Part shown: piece after piece, positions 40,327 through 53,100 of the stretch
Position numbering within the stretch: the stretch's first letter is position 1
How the letters are laid out: each line of letters starts with the position of its first letter
DNA from: Blastocystis sp. Blastoise
Lineage: Eukaryota; Protista; Bigyra: Opalinata
Reading direction: 5' to 3'
NCBI GenBank assembly: GCA_039096225.1
Contig: JBBPEB010000014.1
Span: forward strand, 1-64,000
DNA length: 64,000 nt
The notes under the pieces: generated by a model
What the model saw: the letters and a program-made list of their open reading frames with translations, nothing else
Told to the model about the DNA's origin: nothing
The model's database searches: none
Program-made: the position numbers and the translations under genes

Positions 40327-41543
40327 ATTCTATATATATATATATATTTTTTTTTATTTAATAAACGTTTTAATTATATGTTCTTTTTACACTTATTAAT
40401 GTATTTATTAAATTATTTATAGCTCTTCATCCTTCAAAACTTCATAGTTTCTGAAATGAGTTGTAATCTGTTTTATTCTCAAAAGTGTAGCTTATTCAAA
40501 ATATGTTTGAATTGAGTTAAATACAGTTTTAAAACTTAGATTCATTTTTTATTTTCAAAATATACTCAAATACAGAGTATATTCAGCAATCATTAATACT
40601 TTAACGACTGTAGTTTATTATTTTTAACTGAATTCTGGTCAGTATACTCAATACAAACAACTAAGTACAATACATACGTATTCATGATTTTTAAACAACA
40701 TTTTTCCATTTCGACATTTACTTGATCCATTATAAAACTATTTGTCCTTTTGATATAGTAAAGAAAAACGAATACCATATACCAAACAAAACGTTTTAAC
40801 TTGAATCTCGTCATCTATTAAATATTTTTCTTAATCAATTCACAGTTCATACTCTTAAAACAGTTATTTAAGATTAATATTTATGTATTTGTCCTTATAC
40901 AATATTTTCATGACACTGTAATAATATATATGAAAATTAAAAGAGTCAAGAAATCTGTTAATTATCAAAAAATAAGTTCTATTTACTAAAATCATATTTA
41001 TAAGATTTATAAACTTATACCATATAAAAACATAGCTCTTATATAAAGTATTGGCTGAATTAGTTTATTTGTAAGTAAATTAAAAGTATGTTATATAACG
41101 TAATTTTAGGTTACTCTTTTTAATCAGATTTATTTCATAGCTATTTATGGTTTATTTGTCTGTTAATCTTATTTTTTAAAACAATTACAGACAATTATAT
41201 TATGATCCTTGTCTATTAAGTTATTTTATTGAATTAATAGTATAAATAAAAGTTATATAACAAAATAAATGTATATATTGATTAAAATAAGGAATGAATA
41301 TAAATAAATAAAAATAGATAAAATTGCCAAAAAGCAAATTCTTAGAATTATATAGTACAATAGACGAACTTCTAATAGAAACTTAAAAATCGATTGATTG
41401 GATCAAATAGTCAAATCCTAACGTCATAATATGAATTATTCTTTTCATTTTTTATTAATTTAAATTCTTGAAATACATCTAATAAACACGGTTATTATAT
41501 AAATTAATACGATTGGACAACGAAATCAAAATGTTAACAGAAA

Positions 41544-41629
41544 TTTTTGGGTATTTCTAACAAATCATACAAAAAATTGGGTATGTATACAAATCAATAG
41601 GGAAATCTGGGTATTTCTAACATTTTTCC
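41544..41629 (-). repeat. MULE right terminus with inverted TGGGTATTTCTAACA motifs
   Basis: Copies at ~41548, ~41578 (degenerate) and ~41608; ends ...CATTTTTCC. Confidence 0.88.
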
Positions 41630-42265
41630 ATTATTATTCTATTCTATTATTATTCTATTCTATTTATTATTCTATTCTATTATTCTATTCTAATATTATT
41701 CTATTTATTATTATTATTCTATTTATTATTCTTTTTATTATTCTTTTTATTCATTTATTCAAATTTTTTTTTATTTATTTATTTTATTTATTTATTTATT
41801 TTTATATTAAAAATCTAACCCTAACCTAAAAATTATTTTATATTAACCCTAATCTATTATTTTAATATTCAATTTAACACTAATCTATTATTTTTTATAT
41901 TAAATCTAAAACCATTATTTTATATTAAACCTAACCCTAACCCTCCTAAACCCTAAATTATTTTATATTCATTTTAAATCATAACCCTAAACCACTAATA
42001 TATATATATATAATTAAAATTATTTTATTTTATCAAATATTATTTTATTATTATTATTATTTTATTATTATTATTTATAATATAAATAATATGTTTACAA
42101 AAATTTAATAATAAAAAATAATATAAAAATTTTTTTATAATTTTTATAATAATAATAATAATAATAATAATATAAATAAAATGTTATATATAAATAATTA
42201 AAAATATTAATAATAAAAAGAATAATAAATAAAAAAATAAATACAAATAAAGAAAAATAAAAAAA

Positions 42266-42384
42266 AAAGAACAGCACTAGGACTTCACGGCGAGTCCCCC
42301 ACACCGCTACTATCCTAGCTCGAAGTGGCTTAGCTTCCTAGATCAGACGGGTTAGGGCGTTGTCCACTTGATATGGCCGTTCTC
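42266..42384 (-). rRNA. 5S rRNA copy 13
   Basis: Same sequence as copy 1. Confidence 0.95.
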
Positions 42385-43042
42385 AAGATATATTTATTAT
42401 TATTCTATTATTATTCTATTCTATTATTATTCTATTCTATTTATTATTCTATTCTATTATTCTATTCTAATATTATTCTATTTATTATTATTATTCTATT
42501 TATTATTCTTTTTATTATTCTTTTTATTCATTTATTCAAATTTTTTTTTATTTATTTATTTTATTTATTTATTTATTTTTATATTAAAAATCTAACCCTA
42601 ACCTAAAAATTATTTTATATTAACCCTAATCTATTATTTTAATATTCAATTTAACACTAATCTATTATTTTTTATATTAAATCTAAAACCATTATTTTAT
42701 ATTAAACCTAACCCTAACCCTCCTAAACCCTAAATTATTTTATATTCATTTTAAATCATAACCCTAAACCACTAATATATATATATATAATTAAAATTAT
42801 TTTATTTTATCAAATATTATTTTATTATTATTATTATTTTATTATTATTATTTATAATATAAATAATATGTTTACAAAAATTTAATAATAAAAAATAATA
42901 TAAAAATTTTTTTATAATTTTTATAATAATAATAATAATAATAATAATATAAATAAAATGTTATATATAAATAATTAAAAATATTAATAATAAAAAGAAT
43001 AATAAATAAAAAAATAAATACAAATAAAGAAAAATAAAAAAA

Positions 43043-43161
43043 AAAGAACAGCACTAGGACTTCACGGCGAGTCCCCCACACCGCTACTATCCTAGCTCGA
43101 AGTGGCTTAGCTTCCTAGATCAGACGGGTTAGGGCGTTGTCCACTTGATATGGCCGTTCTC
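43043..43161 (-). rRNA. 5S rRNA copy 14
   Basis: Same sequence as copy 1. Confidence 0.95.
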
Positions 43162-43821
43162 AAGATATATTTATTATTATTCTATTATTATTCTATTCTA
43201 TTATTATTCTATTCTATTTATTATTCTATTCTATTATTCTATTCTAATATTATTCTATTTATTATTATTATTCTATTTATTATTCTTTTTATTATTCTTT
43301 TTATTCATTTATTCAAATTTTTTTTTATTTATTTATTTTATTTATTTATTTATTTTTATATTAAAAATCTAACCCTAACCTAAAAATTATTTTATATTAA
43401 CCCTAATCTATTATTTTAATATTCAATTTAACACTAATCTATTATTTTTTATATTAAATCTAAAACCATTATTTTATATTAAACCTAACCCTAACCCTCC
43501 TAAACCCTAAATTATTTTATATTCATTTTAAATCATAACCCTAAACCACTAATATATATATATATAATTAAAATTATTTTATTTTATCAAATATTATTTT
43601 ATTATTATTATTATTTTATTATTATTATTTATAATATAAATAATATGTTTACAAAAATTTAATAATAAAAAATAATATAAAAATTTTTTTATAATTTTTA
43701 TAATAATAATAATAATAATAATAATATAAATAAAATGTTATATATAAATAATTAAAAATATTAATAATAAAAAGAATAATAAATAAAAAAATAAATACAA
43801 ATAAAGAAAAATAAAAAAAAA

Positions 43822-43940
43822 AAAGAACAGCACTAGGACTTCACGGCGAGTCCCCCACACCGCTACTATCCTAGCTCGAAGTGGCTTAGCTTCCTAGATC
43901 AGACGGGTTAGGGCGTTGTCCACTTGATATGGCCGTTCTC
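43822..43940 (-). rRNA. 5S rRNA copy 15
   Basis: Same sequence as copy 1. Confidence 0.95.
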
Positions 43941-44601
43941 AAGATATATTTATTATTATTCTATTATTATTCTATTCTATTATTATTCTATTCTATTTAT
44001 TATTCTATTCTATTATTCTATTCTAATATTATTCTATTTATTATTATTATTCTATTTATTATTCTTTTTATTATTCTTTTTATTCATTTATTCAAATTTT
44101 TTTTTATTTATTTATTTTATTTATTTATTTATTTTTATATTAAAAATCTAACCCTAACCTAAAAATTATTTTATATTAACCCTAATCTATTATTTTAATA
44201 TTCAATTTAACACTAATCTATTATTTTTTATATTAAATCTAAAACCATTATTTTATATTAAACCTAACCCTAACCCTCCTAAACCCTAAATTATTTTATA
44301 TTCATTTTAAATCATAACCCTAAACCACTAATATATATATATATAATTAAAATTATTTTATTTTATCAAATATTATTTTATTATTATTATTATTTTATTA
44401 TTATTATTTATAATATAAATAATATGTTTACAAAAATTTAATAATAAAAAATAATATAAAAATTTTTTTGTAATTTTTATAATAATAATAATAATAATAA
44501 TAATATAAATAAAATGTTATATATAAATAATTAAAAATATTAATAATAAAAAGAATAATAAATAAAAAAATAAATACAAATAAAGAAAAATAAAAAAAAA
44601 A

Positions 44602-44720
44602 AAAGAACAGCACTAGGACTTCACGGCGAGTCCCCCACACCGCTACTATCCTAGCTCGAAGTGGCTTAGCTTCCTAGATCAGACGGGTTAGGGCGTTGTC
44701 CACTTGATATGGCCGTTCTC
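44602..44720 (-). rRNA. 5S rRNA copy 16
   Basis: Same sequence as copy 1. Confidence 0.95.
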
Positions 44721-45380
44721 AAGATATATTTATTATTATTCTATTATTATTCTATTCTATTATTATTCTATTCTATTTATTATTCTATTCTATTATTCTA
44801 TTCTAATATTATTCTATTTATTATTATTATTCTATTTATTATTCTTTTTATTATTCTTTTTATTCATTTATTCAAATTTTTTTTTATTTATTTATTTTAT
44901 TTATTTATTTATTTTTATATTAAAAATCTAACCCTAACCTAAAAATTATTTTATATTAACCCTAATCTATTATTTTAATATTCAATTTAACACTAATCTA
45001 TTATTTTTTATATTAAATCTAAAACCATTATTTTATATTAAACCTAACCCTAACCCTCCTAAACCCTAAATTATTTTATATTCATTTTAAATCATAACCC
45101 TAAACCACTAATATATATATATATAATTAAAATTATTTTATTTTATCAAATATTATTTTATTATTATTATTATTTTATTATTATTATTTATAATATAAAT
45201 AATATGTTTACAAAAATTTAATAATAAAAAATAATATAAAAATTTTTTTATAATTTTTATAATAATAATAATAATAATAATAATATAAATAAAATGTTAT
45301 ATATAAATAATTAAAAATATTAATAATAAAAAGAATAATAAATAAAAAAATAAATACAAATAAAGAAAAAAAAAAAAAAA

Positions 45381-45499
45381 AAAGAACAGCACTAGGACTT
45401 CACGGCGAGTCCCCCACACCGCTACTATCCTAGCTCGAAGTGGCTTAGCTTCCTAGATCAGACGGGTTAGGGCGTTGTCCACTTGATATGGCCGTTCTC
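45381..45499 (-). rRNA. 5S rRNA copy 17
   Basis: Same sequence as copy 1. Confidence 0.95.
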
Positions 45500-46162
45500 A
45501 AGATATATTTATTATTATTCTATTATTATTCTATTCTATTATTATTCTATTCTATTTATTATTCTATTCTATTATTCTATTCTAATATTATTCTATTTAT
45601 TATTATTATTCTATTTATTATTCTTTTTATTATTCTTTTTATTCATTTATTCAAATTTTTTTTTATTTATTTATTTTATTTATTTATTTATTTTTATATT
45701 AAAAATCTAACCCTAACCTAAAAATTATTTTATATTAACCCTAATCTATTATTTTAATATTCAATTTAACACTAATCTATTATTTTTTATATTAAATCTA
45801 AAACCATTATTTTATATTAAACCTAACCCTAACCCTCCTAAACCCTAAATTATTTTATATTCATTTTAAATCATAACCCTAAACCACTAATATATATATA
45901 TATATAATTAAAATTATTTTATTTTATCAAATATTATTTTATTATTATTATTATTTTATTATTATTATTTATAATATAAATAATATGTTTACAAAAATTT
46001 AATAATAAAAAATAATATAAAAATTTTTTTATAATTTTTATAATAATAATAATAATAATAATAATATAAATAAAATGTTATATATAAATAATTAAAAATA
46101 TTAATAATAAAAAGAATAATAAATAAAAAAATAAATACAAATAAAGAAAAAAAAAAAAAAAA

Positions 46163-46281
46163 AAAGAACAGCACTAGGACTTCACGGCGAGTCCCCCACA
46201 CCGCTACTATCCTAGCTCGAAGTGGCTTAGCTTCCTAGATCAGACGGGTTAGGGCGTTGTCCACTTGATATGGCCGTTCTC
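46163..46281 (-). rRNA. 5S rRNA copy 18 (array edge)
   Basis: Same sequence as copy 1; its spacer is the most divergent. Confidence 0.95.
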
Positions 46282-47178
46282 AAGATATATTTATTATTAT
46301 TCTATTATTATTCTATTCTATTATTATTCTATTCTATTTATTATTCTATTCTATTATTCTATTCTATTATTATTATTCTATTCTAATATTATTCTATTTA
46401 TTATTATTATTCTATTCTATTATTCTTTTTATTCATTTATTCAAATTTTTTTTTATTTATTTTTTTATTTATTTATTTATTTTTATATTAAAAATCTAAC
46501 CCTAACCTAAAAATTATTTTATATTAACCCTAATCTATTATTTTAATATTCAATTTAACCCTAATCTATTATTTTTTTATATTAAATCTAAAACCATTAT
46601 TTTATATTAAACCTAACCCTAACCCTAAACCCTAAATTATTTTATATTCATTTTAAATCATAACCCTAAACCACTAATATATATATATATAATTAAAATT
46701 ATTTTATTTTATCAAATATTATTTTATTATTATTATTTTATTATTATTTATAATATAAATAATATGTTTACAAAACAATAATAATAAGAATAATACTATA
46801 AATTCAACTAAACAACAATTATTCCTTATTATATACATATGTTTACAGAAATGAACAATTGATAATATAGAAAATAAATAATAAAATTTAATATTCACGA
46901 ATATAAAAAAAATCTAGAAAAAATATCAAAAATTTAAAACAAGAAAATAGATATATTCATAAGATATCCTTCGTATGAAATCAAAAAAATATTGAAAAAA
47001 AAATGAAATTTTTGCTTGAATATTATTGTAAACAGTACTCAAAGACTTTTATAATACAGTATATTAAAAAAATGAAACCAGATTACAAGCCAAATAAATA
47101 GATAAGATTTTAATATCTACAGAAAATTATAAAATATATACATTTGTAAAAAGAAATCTAGAAAAAAAGAAAAACCAT

Positions 47179-50100
47179 TTAATGAACAGACATCAATAAA
47201 CCTTGTTTGATATATATATCTTTATATACCTTACGATTATAATTATTATTCACTATATGATATTTACAATAATGATAAATAAAATATCCGACAATAATGA
47301 ATACTGTTATTCCTATTACACTACCGATAATAATATATATTAAAGAACCATTACTGGTATTTTCTATAATATGTATGTCATCATAATTACTAGTGATTGT
47401 ACAATCCGATAATAATACTTGAATATCATTATTTGCATCTTTATATTCATTAATAAAATAATGATATACTGTATCCTTCCATTTCTCAACTTCTCTTTTA
47501 ATATCCATAATACGAATAATCATACGAATCTTATTATTATTATTAAGATATATATCTTCTAATGACATAATCCATATATGAGAAGAAGGAATAGAATAAA
47601 CAGATAAATAACTATCTAATGTATTTAATAATATGTAAATTTGTTTTCCTTGAATCGATTCACTTCTTATTCCTGATATATATATTGTATACTCTATATA
47701 TACATAAGAAGAAGAAGGAGAAGAAGAAGGTAATAAACAACGTGTTCTATTTTCATTTGACCATAGAGCAGAAACTCCATTACGAACACATTCACGTGCT
47801 CTATAAGAAGTTCGAATAGAAGTACATAATAAATAAGCTGTTTGACCAATAGAAGTTTCTGGCCAATCATTTTCTTCTTTACATGTATGTTCTCGAATCA
47901 CTAGTTGAATATCTATACTCACTTGCTTATCAGGATTACTTGCAGTTATTTTATAAGGCTTTAAAGATGATAGTATAGTAGGTGTTCCTTCAATAACTCC
48001 ACTTTTCGTATTCAATGTGATTCCCGTGGGGAAATCAGGAGTTACAGTCCATGAATTAATATAATTCTGAATATTAGGAGATATTCCTATTAATGGATCT
48101 TGTATATAAGCTACAATATAAGTAATAGGATAAGTAACTACAGGTGTTTTATATATACATGTATCAGATATATTAGTCCACTTGGGTATATAATCATTAC
48201 TACATAATCTTGTAATAGAACCTTCTTTATATAGATCTCCACAATCTAAAGTAACTGTTTCTCCTTTATTTGTAGCAGGAAAACGACCTTCTGCAGGACA
48301 TTGAGGATTGATTACTGTTATGGATATAGGTATATATGAATAATTATCAGTATTTGAAGCAATAATCATATGAATAGATTCAGAATAAGGAGATTTAGGT
48401 ATACCTGTGATAGTACCTGTAGTTACATTCATAATAAGTCCTTCAGGAAGAGAAGGAATAATAGACCATGAAGTACATATACCTATACATAATGGAGTAA
48501 TAGGATATAATTCAGAATTAATCACTGCTTGTATATAAGAAGGAGTCATAGAAATAGAAGGAGATTTCAATTTACAATTATATTGTTCTTGATCCCATTT
48601 TATAGCAGTATATCCATCTTCAGTTACATAGAAATTCTTTGAAGATGTAGAATCCAAACATCTTCGTTTACGTATACCTATATATCCATCAGGACAAGAT
48701 AAATAATTATCTGTATTATATCTAGCTGGAGGCCATTCACCATCTTCAAAACATAAATAAGTATCAGTACTTATTATCAATAGAATAGTAACGTTATTAT
48801 ATTGACCTTCTGCTTTTATTGTATAATTATTCTTTTCTGTATATACTAAAGGTATTCCTGAAATAATTCCATTATTAAATAGAAGACCATTAGGAAGAGA
48901 AGAAGGAGTAATAGACCATTTCTCAATGATACCTGAAGTTATTATAGGTTCAACAGATACAGTTCGATTCAATACAAATACATAAGATGAATGTGGATAG
49001 GATAAAGATATATAATTAGAAGATAAAACACAATGATTCTCAATAGAAGACCAAGAAGGAATTCCATTCGGAGTTGAAGGAGGAATACAAGATCGTTGAT
49101 AATAACCACTAAAACCAGAAGGACAATCGATAGTCGTAGTATTTCCTTGATAGGTTCTTGACCATACATCATCTTCTTTACAGAAATCACGATTTATTTC
49201 AGTAGCAACAGATATACATAAAATTGTGGATATAGTAGTATTATAATGACTAGAAGAAGCAGTTATAGTATATTGTGTAAGAGGAATATAAGTAGAAGAA
49301 GGAACACTAGTAATAACACCAGTAGCTGTATTTAATGAGAAAGAAGAAGGAAGAGAAGGAGAACTAGTGAAATTCATATAGAGAGCATCTATGAAAGGAA
49401 CATTTATACGTATAGATTCAGAAGCATATAATAGATATATTGATTGTTCATAATTAAATATAGTTGGAGGAGATAAAATACAATTCTTATTATCTTCATC
49501 ATCCCAAATACCTTTATCTGAACAGAGTCGTTTCTTTTGACCTGTATAAAACAATCCACAAGATTTATATGAATATTCTCCATAATAAACAGAAGGATAT
49601 CCATCAATTGATGTACAATAATTATTAACAAGTCCTGTAAACAATGAGAATTCAGATACTTGAGCAGCTAAATCTGAAGTACATATAGATTTTTCATCAC
49701 TTTCAAGATAATTATTTTCACATTCATCAATAGTTAACTTATATATATTATAAGGAATATCACTTATAATAGAATAAACTTTTTCTTCATATTGATATGT
49801 AAAATATTGTTTACTTGTTTTATGTATAATAGTATAATTAATATCATCATTAGAACCTTCTAATGTCCATCCTGAAGGAGTATATATATTACACACATAA
49901 GAATTACTTATAGAATATCGATTAATATATTCTTTTATTTGATTATTATAAATATATGAAATAGAAACACCAACACATTGTGATCTATATCTATATACAG
50001 TATTCTTATTATTATCAAATGCATTAGCTAATCTATTTCCTTCATTTTCATCTAAAAAGCCAGTATATCCATAGCCATTCTTCTGATTACGTATATCTTT

Positions 50101-53100
50101 TAATATAGGTACCAAACTAGCACTAAATATAGTATCACTAAATATACGTTTACCTCGGTGTATTTCTACAGCTACAGTATTATTTCCTATATTTATAGAT
50201 ACAGGACTTAATTGTAAATGAATACTTCCACCTACTGTTTCAGGTAAATAAGGATCAAATATAGAGAATGTATTACGAGTTATAGATATATTTTCTAATC
50301 CATATCGAAATGCTTCTTTTCCATTTATATATAATATACAACCACCTCTTAATGTTATTGTATAGGAGAGAACAGCTATATTCTGTAATGTAGTAATATA
50401 ATAATTCATTCGATAATATTGTGTTATACCTTGAGGTGGGGACATATTCAATATAGTTCCTGTTTTCCATCCTATTGGTTGATAATCTGTATTCATCCAA
50501 TCAGATGGAAGAGGATTATGAGTTAAAGTATCATCATAATAAGTCCATTGTATTTCATTAGGTAATACTACATTATAAATAGAAAAATAATATTCATTTT
50601 TATATTCTGAAGGAGATAAAGTGCCTGTAAATACACTCGTACCATCTTTTAATAGAACAGTAACAGAAGAAGAAAGCCAACCATAATCACTTTGAGTAAT
50701 TAAAGTAATCGAATAATCAAATGTTTTTCGACAATAAGAAACTATATTATCGGCTATTTTAGTATAATGAGTATAATTACCAATAATTTCTTTTGTTTCT
50801 CTATCTTGAATATAATAAGAAAATGAATTATAAGTATCATCCCAAGATGGAGAAAACACAGATTTAAATAATATATTTGGAGATATACATGTGTATATTT
50901 GTATAATTAATGTAGTATTCTTATATTCATTTCGAATATCTCTTCCTTGTATAATAATAATAGTATTATCTGTAGTTTCTAAAGGTATACCTACAATAAT
51001 ACCTGTATAGGAATTAAAAGATAATCCTTTTGGTAATGTTCCTTCTATAATACTGAATGATAAATAATAATCATTAGGATAAGAAGTAGATATATCTATT
51101 CCTATATATCCAATAATAGGATTCAAAGAATATGTTAATTCAGAAATAGAAATAGTATTTTCATTATATATATAAAATTCTAATTGACTCATTTGTATTC
51201 TATAATAGTTATCTTCTTTTGGTTTATATATTGATAATAAATAAATAGGATAAGATTGTATATGTGGATATGTATAAAAGCATTTTCTATTTATAGAAGA
51301 ACTCCATTTCATATCTTCTTGAGTATCTAATAATATACAATGTAATCGCTCATAATCACAACCATAGAATGACCATGTTTGTGGACCTTGTTCAGGAAAA
51401 GCAGGACGAATAGAAATACAATACTTATTAATATATTCAAATCGATATTTAGATTCATAAAATAACGTTATTGTTCGTGGTTGTTCCCTATCGTTGTAAT
51501 ATCTCATAGTAAATGAAGTATAATAATTCAAATCAAATAGCATACCTACATAATTCTCAACTTCTGTAATATTAACAGAGCCAAATATATTCCATAGTCT
51601 AGGATATATAGCACTAGATTCTAAATAATGTATACTTAATTCTACATTATTTGTATAAGGTAATTTTGTTGTTCTACTATATAGTGTAGCAAAAGCAATA
51701 GTATTAATACCATTATGAAAATAATTCATCGATATAGAAATAGTTCTATGAGTAATACTAGTAGCATTATTAGAAGGCATAGTATTATCTGTAATAGGAA
51801 TAGAAGTATCATTAAGATCTGTTTTATAAGCTATTTGTTCATTTATATATAATAATACACCATTAGGACCTTTTAATATGATTTCTATACCTTGATATTT
51901 ATTAGTATCATCTATACTAATTGTAGTACGATAATAACGATTATAACTATTATATTTCAATCGAGAAGACGTATTTAAACAGGAAAACCATGTATTTGTT
52001 ATAGGAGAAGAAGACGAAGTAAAATAATCATTTGTATACCAAGTAGAATCTATGAATGTATCATTATCTAATTTACAGAGAACAGAAGAATCACGGTTAT
52101 TGATCAGATAATCCAATGCAATTGGAGATTCTTGTGAATATCCATTATGTAAAGTACCATAGAAAATAGTATTTGAGTAAATATCATCTCTTAAGGATAT
52201 TTTTAAATTGGAAGAAGCAGACCAAGAAAATGATCCTGATGATGATAAACGTAGTATATATATACCTTTTAATAAACATAAGGTTCTATAATAAGGAGAA
52301 GAAGAAATAGCATGATCTAAATATATAATAGTATTATTTATATTAATTAATTCTATATATTCATATTTATAAGAAGAAGCTGCTGAATTCTTTATTAAAT
52401 CAACAATTACATATTTATCATTACTACACACTAAAATATCTACATGAAATGTAATAGTAATAGTTTTCTCATATAAATAGCTATACGCTTCTATAATAAA
52501 ATCATCACTAAAAGTAACTGTAGGATATCCACTAATAGTTCCAGAAATAGAATCTAGTGTCAATCCTTTAGGAAGAGAAGAAGGAAATTTCATTCTATAA
52601 TCAGATACACCAGAATGAAGAGGAGATATACTCACTTTCTCTATACTAATAAACCAAGTAAATGAATCAGAACCATAAGAATATTCTTGTAGAATCTCTT
52701 TATTATTTGCATAGAAATTGATATTATATACAGAGACATAAGTAGATGTTTGATAGGTTTCTATAAATGTAATATTGATAATATTAAATAGATGTATATT
52801 AGATAAGAAATAAAATGTTTGTAAATCATTGATATTCGTAAACATTAAATTACTATAGAAAGCAATAGGTTCCCAAGTAGTGCCATTATCATTAGATCCA
52901 GAAATAAAGAAGGATTTAGGAAGAGATTTATAATCAGAAACATCACATGTCATGTCTATTGTATTAATCCATTCTTTACGTTGATTTGGGAATGTATATA
53001 ATAAGGAAGCACGTTCATTGATCATTAATCCTGACCATTTCGTTGTATATAAACCATCAAATGCATTGTCAGCTATCTGATCTTCTTTATATAGAGGAGT

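Larger units (their letters stand above)
21260..41629 (+). mobile_element. Mutator/MULE DNA transposon, ~20.4 kb, with 9-bp TSD ATTATTATT (21251-21259 and 41630-41638)
   Basis: Both ends start with G and share TGTTAGAAATACCCA at the same offset in inverted orientation. The 5S spacer resumes exactly after the TSD. Internal MULE transposase. Confidence 0.9.
7958..46775 (-). repeat. Tandem 5S rDNA array, 18 genes, unit ~750-795 bp, interrupted at 14916-19323 and 21260-41629
   Basis: Near-identical repeat units, each with one GC-rich 119-nt 5S sequence in an AT-rich spacer. Confidence 0.96.

Noticed and set aside
8153-46281. CRISPR-like array of identical GC-rich repeats
   Set aside because: The repeat is a 119-nt 5S rRNA and the spacers are near-identical, in a eukaryotic context.
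7982-46510. Repeated short ORFs MWGTRREV, MIWPFSRY and MAVLKIY
   Set aside because: They begin inside the 5S gene, mostly at non-ATG codons, and run through AT microsatellite spacer; artefacts.
47619-50500. Small ORFs overlapping the surface-protein gene
   Set aside because: Shadow frames of the long exon.
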